NCBI GenBank assembly: GCA_035948165.1
Contig: DASZJM010000158.1
Location: 1-59,697, forward strand
Direction: 5' to 3'
DNA length: 59,697 nt
Source of the DNA: Candidatus Methylomirabilota bacterium
GTDB lineage: Bacteria > Methylomirabilota > Methylomirabilia > Rokubacteriales > CSP1-6
The position numbers and the translations under genes are program-made. The notes beneath the pieces were generated by a model, which saw only the letters and a program-made list of their open reading frames with translations, was not told where the DNA came from and did not search any database. Below are positions 49,274 through 59,697 of this stretch, piece by piece. Numbering within the stretch: the first letter of the stretch is position 1; each line of letters starts with the position of its first letter.

Positions 49274-49932
49274 GCCCGCTCGACGATCTGACCTGGGACG
49301 CGCAGGGGCTCATCCCCGCGGTGGTGCAGGACACCGAGAGCGGCCAGGTGCTCATGGTGGCGTGGATGAGCCGGGACGCGCTGGAGGCGACGCGGCGCTC
49401 GGGCCTCACCCACTTCTGGTCGCGCTCGCGACAGGCGCTCTGGCGCAAGGGCGAGACGTCCGGCCACGCCCAGCACGTGGACGGCATCTACGCCGACTGC
49501 GATCGCGACACGCTGCTGGTGCAGGTGCACCAGGACGGGGTGGCCTGCCACACCGGGGCGCGCAGCTGCTTCTTCACGCGCCTGGACGACCTCGCGGGTG
49601 AATCTGGCCACGCGGGCGCGCCCGGCTCCGCCGGCGCCGGGCCGGCCATGTTGGAAGTCCTCGAGCGCGTGCTCGAGTCGCGCAAGGCGGCGCCGCCGGC
49701 CGGGTCGTACGTGGCCTCGCTCTTCCAGAAGGGCCAGCCCCAGATCTGTCGCAAGATCGGCGAGGAGGCCGCCGAGGTGATGACCGCCGCGCTCGGAGGC
49801 GAGGGCGACGGCCGGGTGGTCTCGGAGGTGGCGGACCTGTGGTTCCACACCATGGTGCTGCTGAGCGCGCGCGGCATCCCCCTGCGCCGGGTGTTCGAGG
49901 AGCTGGCCGCCCGGCACGCCAAGGGTAAGTGA
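49270..49932 (+). CDS. hisI: bifunctional phosphoribosyl-AMP cyclohydrolase / phosphoribosyl-ATP pyrophosphatase
   Basis: GTGA overlap with hisF. The HisI part contains [16 protein letters not shown] and the HisE part contains EEAAEV...ADLWFH. Confidence 0.9.
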
Positions 49933-50441
49933 CTTCCCGTCACCCGCTCGTCGCGCTCACGCTGCTCGCCATCCTCGCCGGCTGTGCCACCGCCACCGGC
50001 CGCATCGAGAACGGGGTCTACCACTCCGCCAAGGGCTACCGGGTGACGCTGCCGCCGAGCGGCTGGAAGGTCGAGTCGGCGCCGCGCGCGGATCTCTCGC
50101 TGGAGCGCGAGGCGGGGTCGGCCGGGATGCTGGTCGACGCCACCTGCGCGGGACGCGAGACGGCCCGTCCCCTCGACGTGCTGGCCCGGCACCTGACCTT
50201 CGGCCTCACCCGGCGCGAGGTCATCGAGAACGGGACCACGCAGGTGGCCGGCCGCGAGGCGGCGCGCTCGGTGGTGCGGGGGCAGGCCGACGGTCGGGAC
50301 GTCACGGTGGAGGCCCTGGTGGTCCGGGCCGAGCCGTGCGTGCACGACTTCCTCTACGTGGCCCCGACGGTGGCCTTCGACGCGGGGCGGCCCGCCTTCC
50401 AGGCCCTGGTCGAGTCCTTCGCGCTGGAGGGTGGTCGGTGA
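49929..50441 (+). CDS. hypothetical lipoprotein (170 aa)
   Basis: GTG 49929 overlaps the hisIE stop (GTGA). It has the lipobox LAILAGC and I recognise no family. The downstream mlaE start overlaps its stop. Confidence 0.6.
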   Translation: MTSRHPLVALTLLAILAGCATATGRIENGVYHSAKGYRVTLPPSGWKVESAPRADLSLEREAGSAGMLVDATCAGRETARPLDVLARHLTFGLTRREVIENGTTQVAGREAARSVVRGQADGRDVTVEALVVRAEPCVHDFLYVAPTVAFDAGRPAFQALVESFALEGGR

Positions 50442-51214
50442 TCGTCCAGGACCTGCGGCGGCACCTGCGCGAATCGGCGGTGTGGTACGGCGGCCTCGGG
50501 CTGCTCACCGTCCGGGTGGCGCGGAACCTCACCCTCCCGCCCGCCTACTTCTGGCTGGTGGCGCGCGAGATCGACATCATCGGGGTGCGCTCGCTCACGG
50601 TGGCCCTCACCGCGGCGCTCTTCACCGGCATGGTGCTCGCGCTGCAGACCGCGGTGAACATGGCGCGCTTCGGCGCGGAGAACTACGTGGGCCCGGTGGT
50701 GGCGCTCTCGATCCTGCGCGAGCTGGGCCCGGTGCTCACCGCGATCCTGGTGGGCGGCAAGGTGGCCTCCGGCATCACCGCGGAGGTGGGCTCCATGAAG
50801 GTCACCGAGCAGATCGACGCCCTCCGGGCCCTCGGGGTCAACTACGTCAAGAAGCTCATCGTCCCGCGGCTGATGGCCGCCCTCCTGGTCTTCCCGCTGG
50901 TCACCATCCTCGCGGACGGAATGGGGCTGCTCGGAGGTATGCTGATCGCTGTGTTCGATCGCAACGTCGACCCGTATCTCTACTGGAACACCATCGCCTA
51001 CTGGGTGGTGCTCAAGGACTTCCTGACCGGGATCGGCAAGAGCGTGGTGTTCGGCGCGCTGGTCACCCTGATCGGCTGCTACAACGGGCTCGCCACCGAG
51101 GGCGGCACCGAGGGGCTCGGCCGCTCCACCACCGCGACGGTGGTCCAGGTGGCGATGGGCGTGATCATCTCCGACTTCTTCATCACCAAGCTCTTCCTGC
51201 TGATGTTCTGGTGA
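50438..51214 (+). CDS. mlaE: MlaE-family ABC transporter permease
   Basis: GTG 50438 (GTGA overlap). It contains the typical MlaE core GAENYVGPVVALSILRELGPVLTAILVGGKVASGITAEVGSMKVTEQIDAL. Confidence 0.9.
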   Translation: MIVQDLRRHLRESAVWYGGLGLLTVRVARNLTLPPAYFWLVAREIDIIGVRSLTVALTAALFTGMVLALQTAVNMARFGAENYVGPVVALSILRELGPVLTAILVGGKVASGITAEVGSMKVTEQIDALRALGVNYVKKLIVPRLMAALLVFPLVTILADGMGLLGGMLIAVFDRNVDPYLYWNTIAYWVVLKDFLTGIGKSVVFGALVTLIGCYNGLATEGGTEGLGRSTTATVVQVAMGVIISDFFITKLFLLMFW

Positions 51215-51972
51215 TGCGCGCGAAACCCGCGGGCCCGCTCGTCGAGCTGCAGGACGTGTGGAAGGCGTTCGACCGCAAGCAGGTCCTGCGCGGGGTCGAC
51301 CTCGCCCTCGGCAAGGGCACGATCCTCGCGGTGATGGGCGGCAGCGGCACCGGCAAGACGGTGCTGCTGCGCATCGCCTCGGGCCTCATCTATCCGGACG
51401 CGGGCCGCGTCTCCCTCTTCGGCGCGCGCATCGATCGGATGACCGAGGAAACGATGCTGCCGGTGCGGCGGCGCTCCGGCTTCGTCTTCCAGGGGGCGGC
51501 CCTCTTCGACTCGCTCTCCGTGTTCGAGAACGTGGCCTATCCGCTGCGCGAGCACACCCGCATGCCGCTGCGCGAGATCACCGAGCGGGTGCACCACTTC
51601 CTGACCCTGGTGGGGCTGCCCGACACCGACGAGCTGATGCCCGCCGAGCTGAGCGGCGGCATGCGCAAGCGGGTGGGCATCGCGCGCGCCCTCGTGATGG
51701 AGCCGGAGGTGGTCTTCTTCGACGAGCCGACCGCCGGCCTCGATCCCACCAACGCCCGGCTGGTGGCCCAGCTCATCGCCCAGCTCCGCACCGGGGTGTG
51801 CGACACCGCGATCGTGGTGACCCACGACGTGGAGTTCGCGGAGCTGGTGGCCGACCAGATGGCGATCCTCCTCGATGGGAACTTCGCCGACGTGGGCACC
51901 CCCGCCGAGATCCACCGCTCCGCCAACCCGGACGTGCGCCGGTTCCTGGCCGGCGAGCTGCGGGAGATCTAG
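51214..51972 (+). CDS. mlaF: MlaF-family ABC transporter ATP-binding protein
   Basis: ATG 51214 (or GTG 51211) overlaps the mlaE stop. It has Walker A GGSGTGKT and signature LSGGMRKRV. Confidence 0.9.
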   Translation: MRAKPAGPLVELQDVWKAFDRKQVLRGVDLALGKGTILAVMGGSGTGKTVLLRIASGLIYPDAGRVSLFGARIDRMTEETMLPVRRRSGFVFQGAALFDSLSVFENVAYPLREHTRMPLREITERVHHFLTLVGLPDTDELMPAELSGGMRKRVGIARALVMEPEVVFFDEPTAGLDPTNARLVAQLIAQLRTGVCDTAIVVTHDVEFAELVADQMAILLDGNFADVGTPAEIHRSANPDVRRFLAGELREI

Positions 51973-51974
51973 CG

Positions 51975-53129
51975 ATGGCCGCCGAGCGCTCCCAGTTCGC
52001 GCTGCAGGTCCGCATCGGGGCCTTCATCCTCTCGGGCCTCCTCGTGTTCGTGGCGATCATCTACCTGCTCGGCGCGCAGGGCCGCTACTTCGAGCGCAAG
52101 TACGATCTCGTCGTGGAGTTCACCGAGGTCGGCGGGCTCATCGAGGGGGCCACCGTGCGGCTGGCCGGGGTGCAGATCGGGCGGGTGACCGCGGTGACCC
52201 TGCCCGAGCAGCCCGGGGGCAAGGTGCGGGTGACCCTCACGATCGCGCGGCGCTATTCCGAGCGCATCCGGCGCGACTCGGAGGCGCGCATCGCGACCCA
52301 GGGCCTGCTCGGCGACAAGATCGTGGAGATCACCCTCGGCACGGTGGCCGCGCCCGCGCTCAAGCCGGGCGAGGCCCTGACCTCGAGCGAGCCGTTCGAG
52401 ATGCAGCAGATGTTCAAGGCCGGCGTCGAGACCATGCAGACCGTGAAGGAGCTGGCCGCCGGCCTCAAGGCCACCGTGGCGAGGGTGGACCGCATCGCCA
52501 AGGAGGTCGAGACCGGCAAGGGGCTGGTGCACGCGCTGGTGTACGACGAGCCGGAGTCGCTCAACCGGCTCAACGCGATCCTGGCGCGCACCCAGCAGAT
52601 CCTGGCCCGCGCCGAGCAGGGCGACAGCGCGGTGGGGGTCCTGCTCTCGCCGGAGAGCGGCAAGTCGGCGCGCGCGCTGCTCGCCGCGATGGACGCGCTC
52701 GGGCGCGGGGCGGAGAAGTCGGACGGCCGGGACACGCTCCTGAGCGCGCTGCTCTACGATCCCCAGTACAAGGGCGTGGCCGACGACCTGCGCGCGGTCG
52801 CGCACAACTTCCGCGACGTCTCGGAGCGCGTCGCCCAGGGGCAGGGCCTGCTCGGCCAGCTCACGCGGGACGGCGCCGACGGCACGACCGGCGCCCTCGG
52901 CGACGCCACCGCCGACTTCCGCGTGGCGATGGCCAACCTGCGCGCGGTCACCGAGCGGCTCAAGTCGGGCGAGGGCACGGTGGGCGGCCTGCTCGAGGAC
53001 CCGACGGTCTACGAGAACCTGGTGCAGTTCCTCGAGGGCGCCCGCCGGAGCTTCCTCCTGCGCACCCTGATCCGCTCCACCATCGACTCGGGCCGCGCGG
53101 CCGAGTCGGCCGGGGCCGGGGGCCGCTGA
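51975..53129 (+). CDS. mlaD: MlaD/MCE-domain protein with a long C-terminal helical extension
   Basis: ATG 51975. It has an N-terminal TM, then an MCE domain (VRLAGVQIGRVTAVTL), then about 250 further residues. Confidence 0.8.
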   Translation: MAAERSQFALQVRIGAFILSGLLVFVAIIYLLGAQGRYFERKYDLVVEFTEVGGLIEGATVRLAGVQIGRVTAVTLPEQPGGKVRVTLTIARRYSERIRRDSEARIATQGLLGDKIVEITLGTVAAPALKPGEALTSSEPFEMQQMFKAGVETMQTVKELAAGLKATVARVDRIAKEVETGKGLVHALVYDEPESLNRLNAILARTQQILARAEQGDSAVGVLLSPESGKSARALLAAMDALGRGAEKSDGRDTLLSALLYDPQYKGVADDLRAVAHNFRDVSERVAQGQGLLGQLTRDGADGTTGALGDATADFRVAMANLRAVTERLKSGEGTVGGLLEDPTVYENLVQFLEGARRSFLLRTLIRSTIDSGRAAESAGAGGR

Positions 53130-54499
53130 TGGCGCGCGAGCGCTCCACCTACCGGTGCCAGGAGTGCGGGCTGGCCGCGCCCAAGCCCGGCACGTGCCCC
53201 GATTGCGCGCGGGTGGGCACCTACGTGCAGCTGGTGGAGGAGCGGATCGCGCCCGCGCGTGGCCCGGCGGCGCGCCCGAGCGTCGGGGCGACCCGCCCGC
53301 AGCCGATCGGCGAGATCCGCATCGACAGCGGCGGTCATCGGACGTCGACCGGCATGGCGGAGCTGGATCGGGTGCTGGGGGGCGGCGTGGTGACGGGCTC
53401 GCTCGTGCTCATCGGCGGCGATCCCGGCATCGGCAAGTCGACCCTGCTACTCCAGGTGAGCCTTCTGCTCGCCGAGCGGGCGGGGCCGGTGCTCTACGTC
53501 TCGGGCGAGGAATCGGCGGCCCAGGTCAAGATGCGGGCGGACCGGCTCGGCCCCGCCCCGGCCGGGCTCTACTTCGTGGCGGAGACCGATCTGCAGGCGG
53601 TCGAGGGTCACGTGGCAGCGCTGGCCCCGCGGATCCTGATCGTGGACTCGATCCAGACCGTCTACCTGCCCGGGCTCGAGTCGGCCCCCGGTAGCGTGAG
53701 CCAGGTCCGGGAGTGTGGCGCGCGGCTCATGACCCTGGCCAAAGGCCGGGGGGTCGCCACCTTCCTGGTCGGGCACGTCACCAAGGAGGGCGCCATCGCC
53801 GGCCCCCGGGTGCTCGAGCACCTGGTCGACACCGTCCTCTACTTCGAGGGCGAGCAGCACCACGCCTACCGGGTGCTCCGCGCGGTCAAGAACCGCTTCG
53901 GATCCACCAATGAGATCGGGGTGTTCGAGATGGGGGCCCGGGGTCTGACCGAGGTCCGGAACCCTTCTGGCTTCTTCCTGGCCGAGCGGCCGAAGGACGC
54001 GGCCGGCTCCGTGGTGGTGGCGAGCCTCGAGGGCACCCGGCCCCTGCTGGTCGAGATCCAGGCCCTGGTGACCCCGGCCGGCTTCGGTACCCCTCGCCGT
54101 ACTGTGCTGGGTGCCGACTACAATCGCGTATGCTTGCTGCTGGCGGTCCTGGAGAAGCGGGTGGGGTTCCCCCTGCAGTCCCAGGACGCCTTCGTCAACG
54201 TCGCCGGCGGGGCACGGGCGACCGAGCCCGCCGCGGACCTGGGGCTGGTGCTCGCGGCGGCGTCCAGCTATCTGGACCGGCCGGTGCGAGGAGATCTGGT
54301 GGTGCTCGGAGAGGTGGGGCTGGCCGGGGAGGTGCGGGCGGTGACCGGGCTCGAGGCGCGGCTCAAGGAAGCGGCGGCCCTCGGCTTCACCGCGGCGGTA
54401 GTCCCCCAGAGCAGCCTCGCCGGCGTCACCGGCCTGGCCCTCGACGTCCAGGGCGTGGGCTCGGTGGACGAGGCAGTGAAAGTCCTGCTGGGACCGTGA
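53129..54499 (+). CDS. radA: DNA repair protein RadA
   Basis: ATG 53129 overlaps the mlaD TGA by 1 nt. It has zinc finger YRCQECG...CPDC, Walker A GGDPGIGKST and a KNRFG motif. Confidence 0.95.
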   Translation: MARERSTYRCQECGLAAPKPGTCPDCARVGTYVQLVEERIAPARGPAARPSVGATRPQPIGEIRIDSGGHRTSTGMAELDRVLGGGVVTGSLVLIGGDPGIGKSTLLLQVSLLLAERAGPVLYVSGEESAAQVKMRADRLGPAPAGLYFVAETDLQAVEGHVAALAPRILIVDSIQTVYLPGLESAPGSVSQVRECGARLMTLAKGRGVATFLVGHVTKEGAIAGPRVLEHLVDTVLYFEGEQHHAYRVLRAVKNRFGSTNEIGVFEMGARGLTEVRNPSGFFLAERPKDAAGSVVVASLEGTRPLLVEIQALVTPAGFGTPRRTVLGADYNRVCLLLAVLEKRVGFPLQSQDAFVNVAGGARATEPAADLGLVLAAASSYLDRPVRGDLVVLGEVGLAGEVRAVTGLEARLKEAAALGFTAAVVPQSSLAGVTGLALDVQGVGSVDEAVKVLLGP

Positions 54500-54506
54500 G
54501 GGCGGA

Positions 54507-55517
54507 ATGCAGCTAGGCATTCTCATCGTCCGGGTGCTCGTGCTGATGGCGGCCACCGCGGCCGGCTTTGCCCTCGCGCACGCCCTGGGCCTGCACGCGC
54601 CCAGCAATCTCTTCCTCGGCGGCGCGGGCTTCCTGGCCGGCGTCCTGGTGGTGCTGCTCGAGTGGCAGGCCCGGCGCATCCCGGTGGACCGGCTGTTCTG
54701 GGGCGCCACCGGCGCGATGCTGGGCGTGGTGCTGGGCCTGGGCCTCGGCACCGCGCTAGAGGCGATCGTGCCGGGGGCGGGCGCCCTCGGGCGTGGGCTC
54801 TTCGCGCTGCTGCTGGGCTACCTCGGCGCGACGGTCACCCTGGCCAAGCGGGACGAGCTCGAGGACATGTCGGTCAAGCTCTTCCCCAAGACCGCGGCCC
54901 GGCAGGAGGGCGACAAGATCCTCGACACCTCGGTGATCATCGACGGGCGCATCGTGGAGGTCTGCCAGACCGGCTTCCTCGCCGGCCCGCTCCTGGTGCC
55001 CCAGTTCGTGCTGCGCGAGCTGCAGCAGATCGCCGACTCCGCCGACGCGCTCAGGCGCAACCGCGGCAAGCGCGGGTTCGACGTGCTGCAGCGGCTGCAG
55101 CGGGTGCCGCGGGTGACCGTCCGCATCGACGAAGTCGACTTCACCCACGTGCGCGAGGTCGACCGCAAGCTGATCGAGCTGGCCCGCGCCACCAACGGCA
55201 AGATCGTCACCAACGACTACAACCTGAACCGCGTCGCCGAGCTGTCGGGCGTGCCGGTGCTCAACATCAACGAGCTCGCCAACGCGCTCAAGCCGGTGGT
55301 GCTCCCCGGCGAGCCGCTTCACGTGCACATCGTCAAGGAAGGCAAGGAGGCCAACCAGGGCGTGGCCTACCTGGACGACGGCACCATGGTGGTGGTGGAG
55401 CACGGCAAGCGGCTCATCGGCCAGACGGTGGACGTGACGGTGACCACGATCTACCAGACCGCGGCGGGTCGCATGATCTTCGCCCGCCAGCGCGACGAGG
55501 AGAGCGGATCGCGGTGA
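54507..55517 (+). CDS. membrane-anchored PIN/TRAM domain protein (YacL-like)
   Basis: 336-aa ORF with about 4 N-terminal TMs. The PIN part contains ILDTSVIIDGRI...IVTNDYNLN and the TRAM part contains GQTVDVTVTTIYQTAAGRMIFAR. Confidence 0.85.
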   Translation: MQLGILIVRVLVLMAATAAGFALAHALGLHAPSNLFLGGAGFLAGVLVVLLEWQARRIPVDRLFWGATGAMLGVVLGLGLGTALEAIVPGAGALGRGLFALLLGYLGATVTLAKRDELEDMSVKLFPKTAARQEGDKILDTSVIIDGRIVEVCQTGFLAGPLLVPQFVLRELQQIADSADALRRNRGKRGFDVLQRLQRVPRVTVRIDEVDFTHVREVDRKLIELARATNGKIVTNDYNLNRVAELSGVPVLNINELANALKPVVLPGEPLHVHIVKEGKEANQGVAYLDDGTMVVVEHGKRLIGQTVDVTVTTIYQTAAGRMIFARQRDEESGSR

Positions 55518-56197
55518 CCTACGCGATCGTCCCCGCGGGAGGCCATGGCGCGCGCATGGGCTCTCGCCGGCCCAAGCAGTATCTCCGCCTGGGTCAGGCT
55601 CCCATCCTCGTCGCCACCCTGAAAGCCCTCGCCCGCGCCCGCTCGATCGCCGGCATCGTGGTCGCGGTGCCCGAGGCCCAGGTGGCCGTGACCCGGCGGC
55701 TCCTCGCCCGCGCGCGCGTGCCCAAGATCCTCGACGTCGTCGCGGGCGGCGCGGACCGGCAGGAGTCGGTGTGGCGCGGGCTGCAGCGGCTGCCGGAGGA
55801 CGCGCGTGTCGTCGTCGTGCACGACGCGGTGCGGCCCTTCATCACCGCCGACCTGGTCGAGCGGGTGCGCGCGGCCGGGGCGGGCGGCGCGGCGACCTGC
55901 GGGACACCGGTGCGCGACACGGTCAAGCGGGTGACCGACGGCGCGGTCGAGTCCACCATTCCGCGCCAGGGACTCTGGCTCACCCAGACCCCGCAGGCCT
56001 TCGCGCGCGACCTCCTGTGGGAGGCGCACGACAAGGCGCGCCGCGACGGCTTCGCGGGCACCGACGACGCGGTGCTGGTGGAGCGGCTCGGGATGCCGGT
56101 GGCAATGGTCCCGGGCCTGGCGCAGAATCTGAAGATCACGACGCCCGAGGATCTCCGGACGGCCCGCGCCTGGGTCAGGCCCCGCCGCCGGGCATGA
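55514..56197 (+). CDS. ispD: 2-C-methyl-D-erythritol 4-phosphate cytidylyltransferase
   Basis: GTGA overlap with the upstream gene. It contains IVPAGGHGARMG. Confidence 0.9.
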   Translation: MTYAIVPAGGHGARMGSRRPKQYLRLGQAPILVATLKALARARSIAGIVVAVPEAQVAVTRRLLARARVPKILDVVAGGADRQESVWRGLQRLPEDARVVVVHDAVRPFITADLVERVRAAGAGGAATCGTPVRDTVKRVTDGAVESTIPRQGLWLTQTPQAFARDLLWEAHDKARRDGFAGTDDAVLVERLGMPVAMVPGLAQNLKITTPEDLRTARAWVRPRRRA

Positions 56198-56672
56198 CCG
56201 TCCGCTCCGGGCTGGGCTTCGACCTGCATCCGCTGGTCGACGGCCGGCCGCTGGTCCTGGGGGGCGTGACGGTCCCGGCGGAGCGCGGGCTGGGTGGCCA
56301 CTCCGACGCCGACGTGCTCACCCACGCGGTGTGCGAGGCGCTCCTGGGGGCCCTGGCGCTCGGGGATCTGGGACGGCTGTTCCCGGACACCGATCCGCGC
56401 TACAAAGGAGCTTCGAGCCTCGGGCTGCTGCGGTCGGTGATGGACCTCTTGTCCAGCAAGGGAGCGCGTGTGGTGAACGTGGACGTGACCGTGATCTGCC
56501 AGGCCCCCCGTCTGGCCTCCTTCCTGCCCGAGATGGCCCGGCGGCTGGCCGAGACCATGGCGCTCGGGCCGGACCGGGTGAGCGTGAAGGCCAAGAGCCC
56601 GGAGCACCTGGGCCTGCTCGGGCGCGGCGAGGGGGTCGCGTCGATGGCGGTCGTGAGCGTGGAGACCGACGG

Positions 56673-56676
<4 letters not shown>
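56194..56676 (+). CDS. ispF: 2-C-methyl-D-erythritol 2,4-cyclodiphosphate synthase
   Basis: ATGA overlap with ispD. It contains GFDLHPL and GHSDADVLTHA. Confidence 0.95.
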
Positions 56677-58099
<1,423 letters not shown>

Positions 58100-58103
<4 letters not shown>

Positions 58104-59023
58104 GCCCCGAGCGGCCGCGCGACCCCCGCGGGAGCTTCCCCCGCCCGGGGGCGCCGAGGCGGGAGCCTCCGCGCGCCCCTCGCCGAGCTGATCCTCCGCG
58201 CGAGGATTCGCTCCGGGAGCCATCGCGTGATCCGCTGCCGCGGGACGAAGCCCCGCTCGAGCAGGCGGACGTCGAGGGTCGCCCACTCTTCGGGCGCAAC
58301 CCCGTGCTCGAGCTGTTGCGGGCGGGGAGTCGCCGGGTCGAGGAGATCGCGATCGTGTCCGAAGGCCGGGGGCCCGCCCTCCACGACCTCCTGAACCTGG
58401 CCCGGCGGCAAGGGGTCAAGATCTCCTTCCGGACCCGAGACCAGCTGACCGCCATGGCCGGAGACCCCCATCACCAGGGGGTCGTGGCCCGGGTGGCGGG
58501 GGCCAGCTACTCCACGCTGGGGGACCTGCTGACGGTCCCGGCCGGGCGGGGGGAGGTGCCGTTCTTCCTCGCCCTCGACCAGGTCCAGGACCCGCGAAAC
58601 CTCGGAGCCGTGCTTCGCTCGGCGGAGGTGACGGGGGTCCACGGGGTGATCCTGCCCAAACACCACGCGGTGGGGCTCACGGGGGCGGCTGCCAAGTCCG
58701 CCATGGGGGCGGCCGAGCTGGTGGCGGTGGCCCGGGAGACCAATCTGGTCCAGGCGCTCGAAGAATTGAAGAAGGAAGGGGTCTGGATCGTCGGAGCAGT
58801 CCCGACCGGTGGAAAGGTTCCATGGGAGATGGACCTGACCGGCCCGCTCTGCCTGGTGCTCGGGGGGGAGGGGGAGGGGCTGCGACCCCTGGTGGCGAGA
58901 AGCTGCGACTTCCTGACCAGCCTGCCGATGCGCGGCCAGCTCGGGTCACTGAACGTCTCGGCCGCCGCAGCGGTGCTCTGCTACGAGGTCCTGCGCCAGA
59001 GGGGTCGCGGAGAAAAGACTTGA
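58100..59023 (+). CDS. rlmB: 23S rRNA (guanosine-2'-O)-methyltransferase RlmB-like (SpoU/TrmH family) with an Arg/Pro-rich N-terminal extension
   Basis: ATGA overlap with cysS. It has SpoU motifs DPRNLGAVLRSAE and LVLGGEGEGLR. The first ~70 residues are low complexity. Confidence 0.85.
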
Positions 59024-59034
59024 CAGAAAAACCC

Positions 59035-59063
59035 TTGACTTGATGGGGGGCCGAACCTAGAGT
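59035..59063 (+). promoter_or_regulatory. putative promoter TTGACT-N17-TAGAGT for the tRNA-tuf cluster
   Basis: Read directly: 59035-59040 and 59058-59063, about 15 nt upstream of the first tRNA. A second TTGACA lies at 59020-59025. Confidence 0.5.
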
Positions 59064-59077
59064 GAGGGTTTGCGACT

Positions 59078-59152
59078 GCTGGCGTAGCTCAGGGGTAGAG
59101 CAACTGCCTTGTAAGCAGTGGGTCGGGGGTTCAAATCCTCCCGCCAGCGCCA
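59078..59152 (+). tRNA. tRNA-Thr (anticodon UGU), CCA encoded
   Basis: Hand-folded cloverleaf: acceptor GCTGGCG/CGCCAGC, anticodon loop CTTGTAA, T-loop TTCAAAT. Confidence 0.9.
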
Positions 59153-59187
59153 GTACTATCAAGGGGTTACGCGATCACGGGGCAGCC

Positions 59188-59273
59188 GGGGAGATACCCA
59201 AGTGGCCAAAGGGGGCAGACTGTAAATCTGCTGGCGAACGCCTTCGGAGGTTCAAATCCTCCTCTCCCCACCA
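59188..59273 (+). tRNA. tRNA-Tyr (anticodon GUA), long variable arm, CCA encoded
   Basis: Acceptor GGGGAGA/TCTCCCC, anticodon loop CTGTAAA, 14-nt variable arm; 86 nt in total. Confidence 0.9.
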
Positions 59274-59324
59274 CCACTTGTTGCGACCACTTTTTGAGCA
59301 CAATCGAGCGCGTCGGGAGAACGG

Positions 59325-59399
59325 GCGGGAATAGCTCAGCGGTAGAGCGCCAGCCTTCCAAGCTGGGGGTCGCGGGTTCGAATCCCGTTTCCCGCTCCA
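59325..59399 (+). tRNA. tRNA-Gly (anticodon UCC), CCA encoded
   Basis: Acceptor GCGGGAA/TTCCCGC, anticodon stem CCAGC/GCTGG with loop CTTCCAA. Confidence 0.9.
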
Positions 59400-59443
59400 C
59401 CCGTTTCTTCGAGGCGGTGCATTGGACGAGGCTCGGCATTCAA

Positions 59444-59519
59444 GCCCATGTAGCTCAGTCGGCAGAGCGCGTCCTTGGTAAGGACGAGGTCTCCGGTTCA
59501 ATCCCGGACATGGGCTCCA
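59444..59519 (+). tRNA. tRNA-Thr (anticodon GGU), CCA encoded
   Basis: Acceptor GCCCATG/CATGGGC, anticodon stem CGTCC/GGACG with loop TTGGTAA. Confidence 0.9.
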
Positions 59520-59556
59520 TCATCACCGACCGGTAGAGACGAGGGAGGTCCCCCGG

Positions 59557-59697
59557 ATGGCCAAGCAGAAGTTTGATCGGACGAAGCCGCACGTGAACAT
59601 TGGGACGATTGGGCACATCGATCACGGGAAGACGACGTTGACGAGTGCGATCACGAAGGTGCTGCACACGAAGTTCAACGCGGTAGCGGTGCGGGAC
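59557..59697 (+). CDS. tuf: elongation factor Tu, 5' fragment (continues beyond the window)
   Basis: ATG 59557 follows GAGGGAGG. The translation is [29 protein letters not shown]. Confidence 0.95.
   Translation, partial: MAKQKFDRTKPHVNIGTIGHIDHGKTTLTSAITKVLHTKFNAVAVRD

Noticed and set aside
54507-55517. The PIN-domain protein as a toxin of a toxin-antitoxin pair.
   Set aside because: It is 336 aa with N-terminal transmembrane segments and a C-terminal TRAM domain (YacL-type architecture). It has no small upstream antitoxin ORF and sits in the conserved radA-ispDF neighbourhood.
59024-59556. The tRNA cluster as an integration hotspot with an adjacent mobile element or genomic island.
   Set aside because: No integrase, direct repeat of a tRNA 3' end or foreign-looking genes are present. 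The tRNAs are flanked directly by rlmB and tuf in a conserved arrangement.

Overview
This is a very GC-rich bacterial chromosomal segment (by eye about two-thirds to 70 percent GC; not computed). It is dominated by core metabolism.

The left ~18 kb has mixed gene orientation and looks accessory. It holds:
- an edge-truncated Cache/PAS histidine kinase
- a Baeyer-Villiger monooxygenase
- an exported beta-lactamase-fold serine hydrolase
- an orphan MTAN/PNP-fold protein
- a Liv-type ABC transporter
- a LysR plus YbfB-type MFS pair
- pyroglutamyl peptidase plus a gamma-CA-like protein
- a type III PKS / methyltransferase / flavoprotein cluster
- an M23 peptidase

From ~18.4 kb to the end (41 kb) every gene is on the + strand:
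- nuoLMN on their own
- a glycerol/G3P cluster (HAD-IIA, glpD, ugpB, ugpA, ugpE, glpQ-like, glpK)
- atpZ-atpI-atpB-atpE, rex, mfd, a SurA-like PPIase, rho and rpmE
- an almost gap-free 20-gene string: prfA-prmC-murA-hisGDBHAF(IE)-lipoprotein-mlaEFD-radA-PIN/TRAM-ispD-ispF-cysS-rlmB
- a Thr-Tyr-Gly-Thr tRNA cluster followed by tuf

I saw no CRISPR array, transposase, integrase or recognisable defence system, so I cannot claim a clearly novel multi-gene system.

The most unusual observations are:
1. A diverged 122-bp tandem repeat sits exactly at the ugpA/ugpE stop-start junction.
2. An orphan nucleosidase-fold protein with an unknown N-terminal extension lies next to an exported serine hydrolase.
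3. A srsABC-like type III PKS cluster is present.
4. nuoLMN are detached from the rest of complex I.
5. rho has a C-rich, G-poor leader.
6. A -10-like motif of the form TAGnnT recurs in several intergenic regions.

Many long ORFs in the six-frame track are high-GC shadow frames and were rejected.
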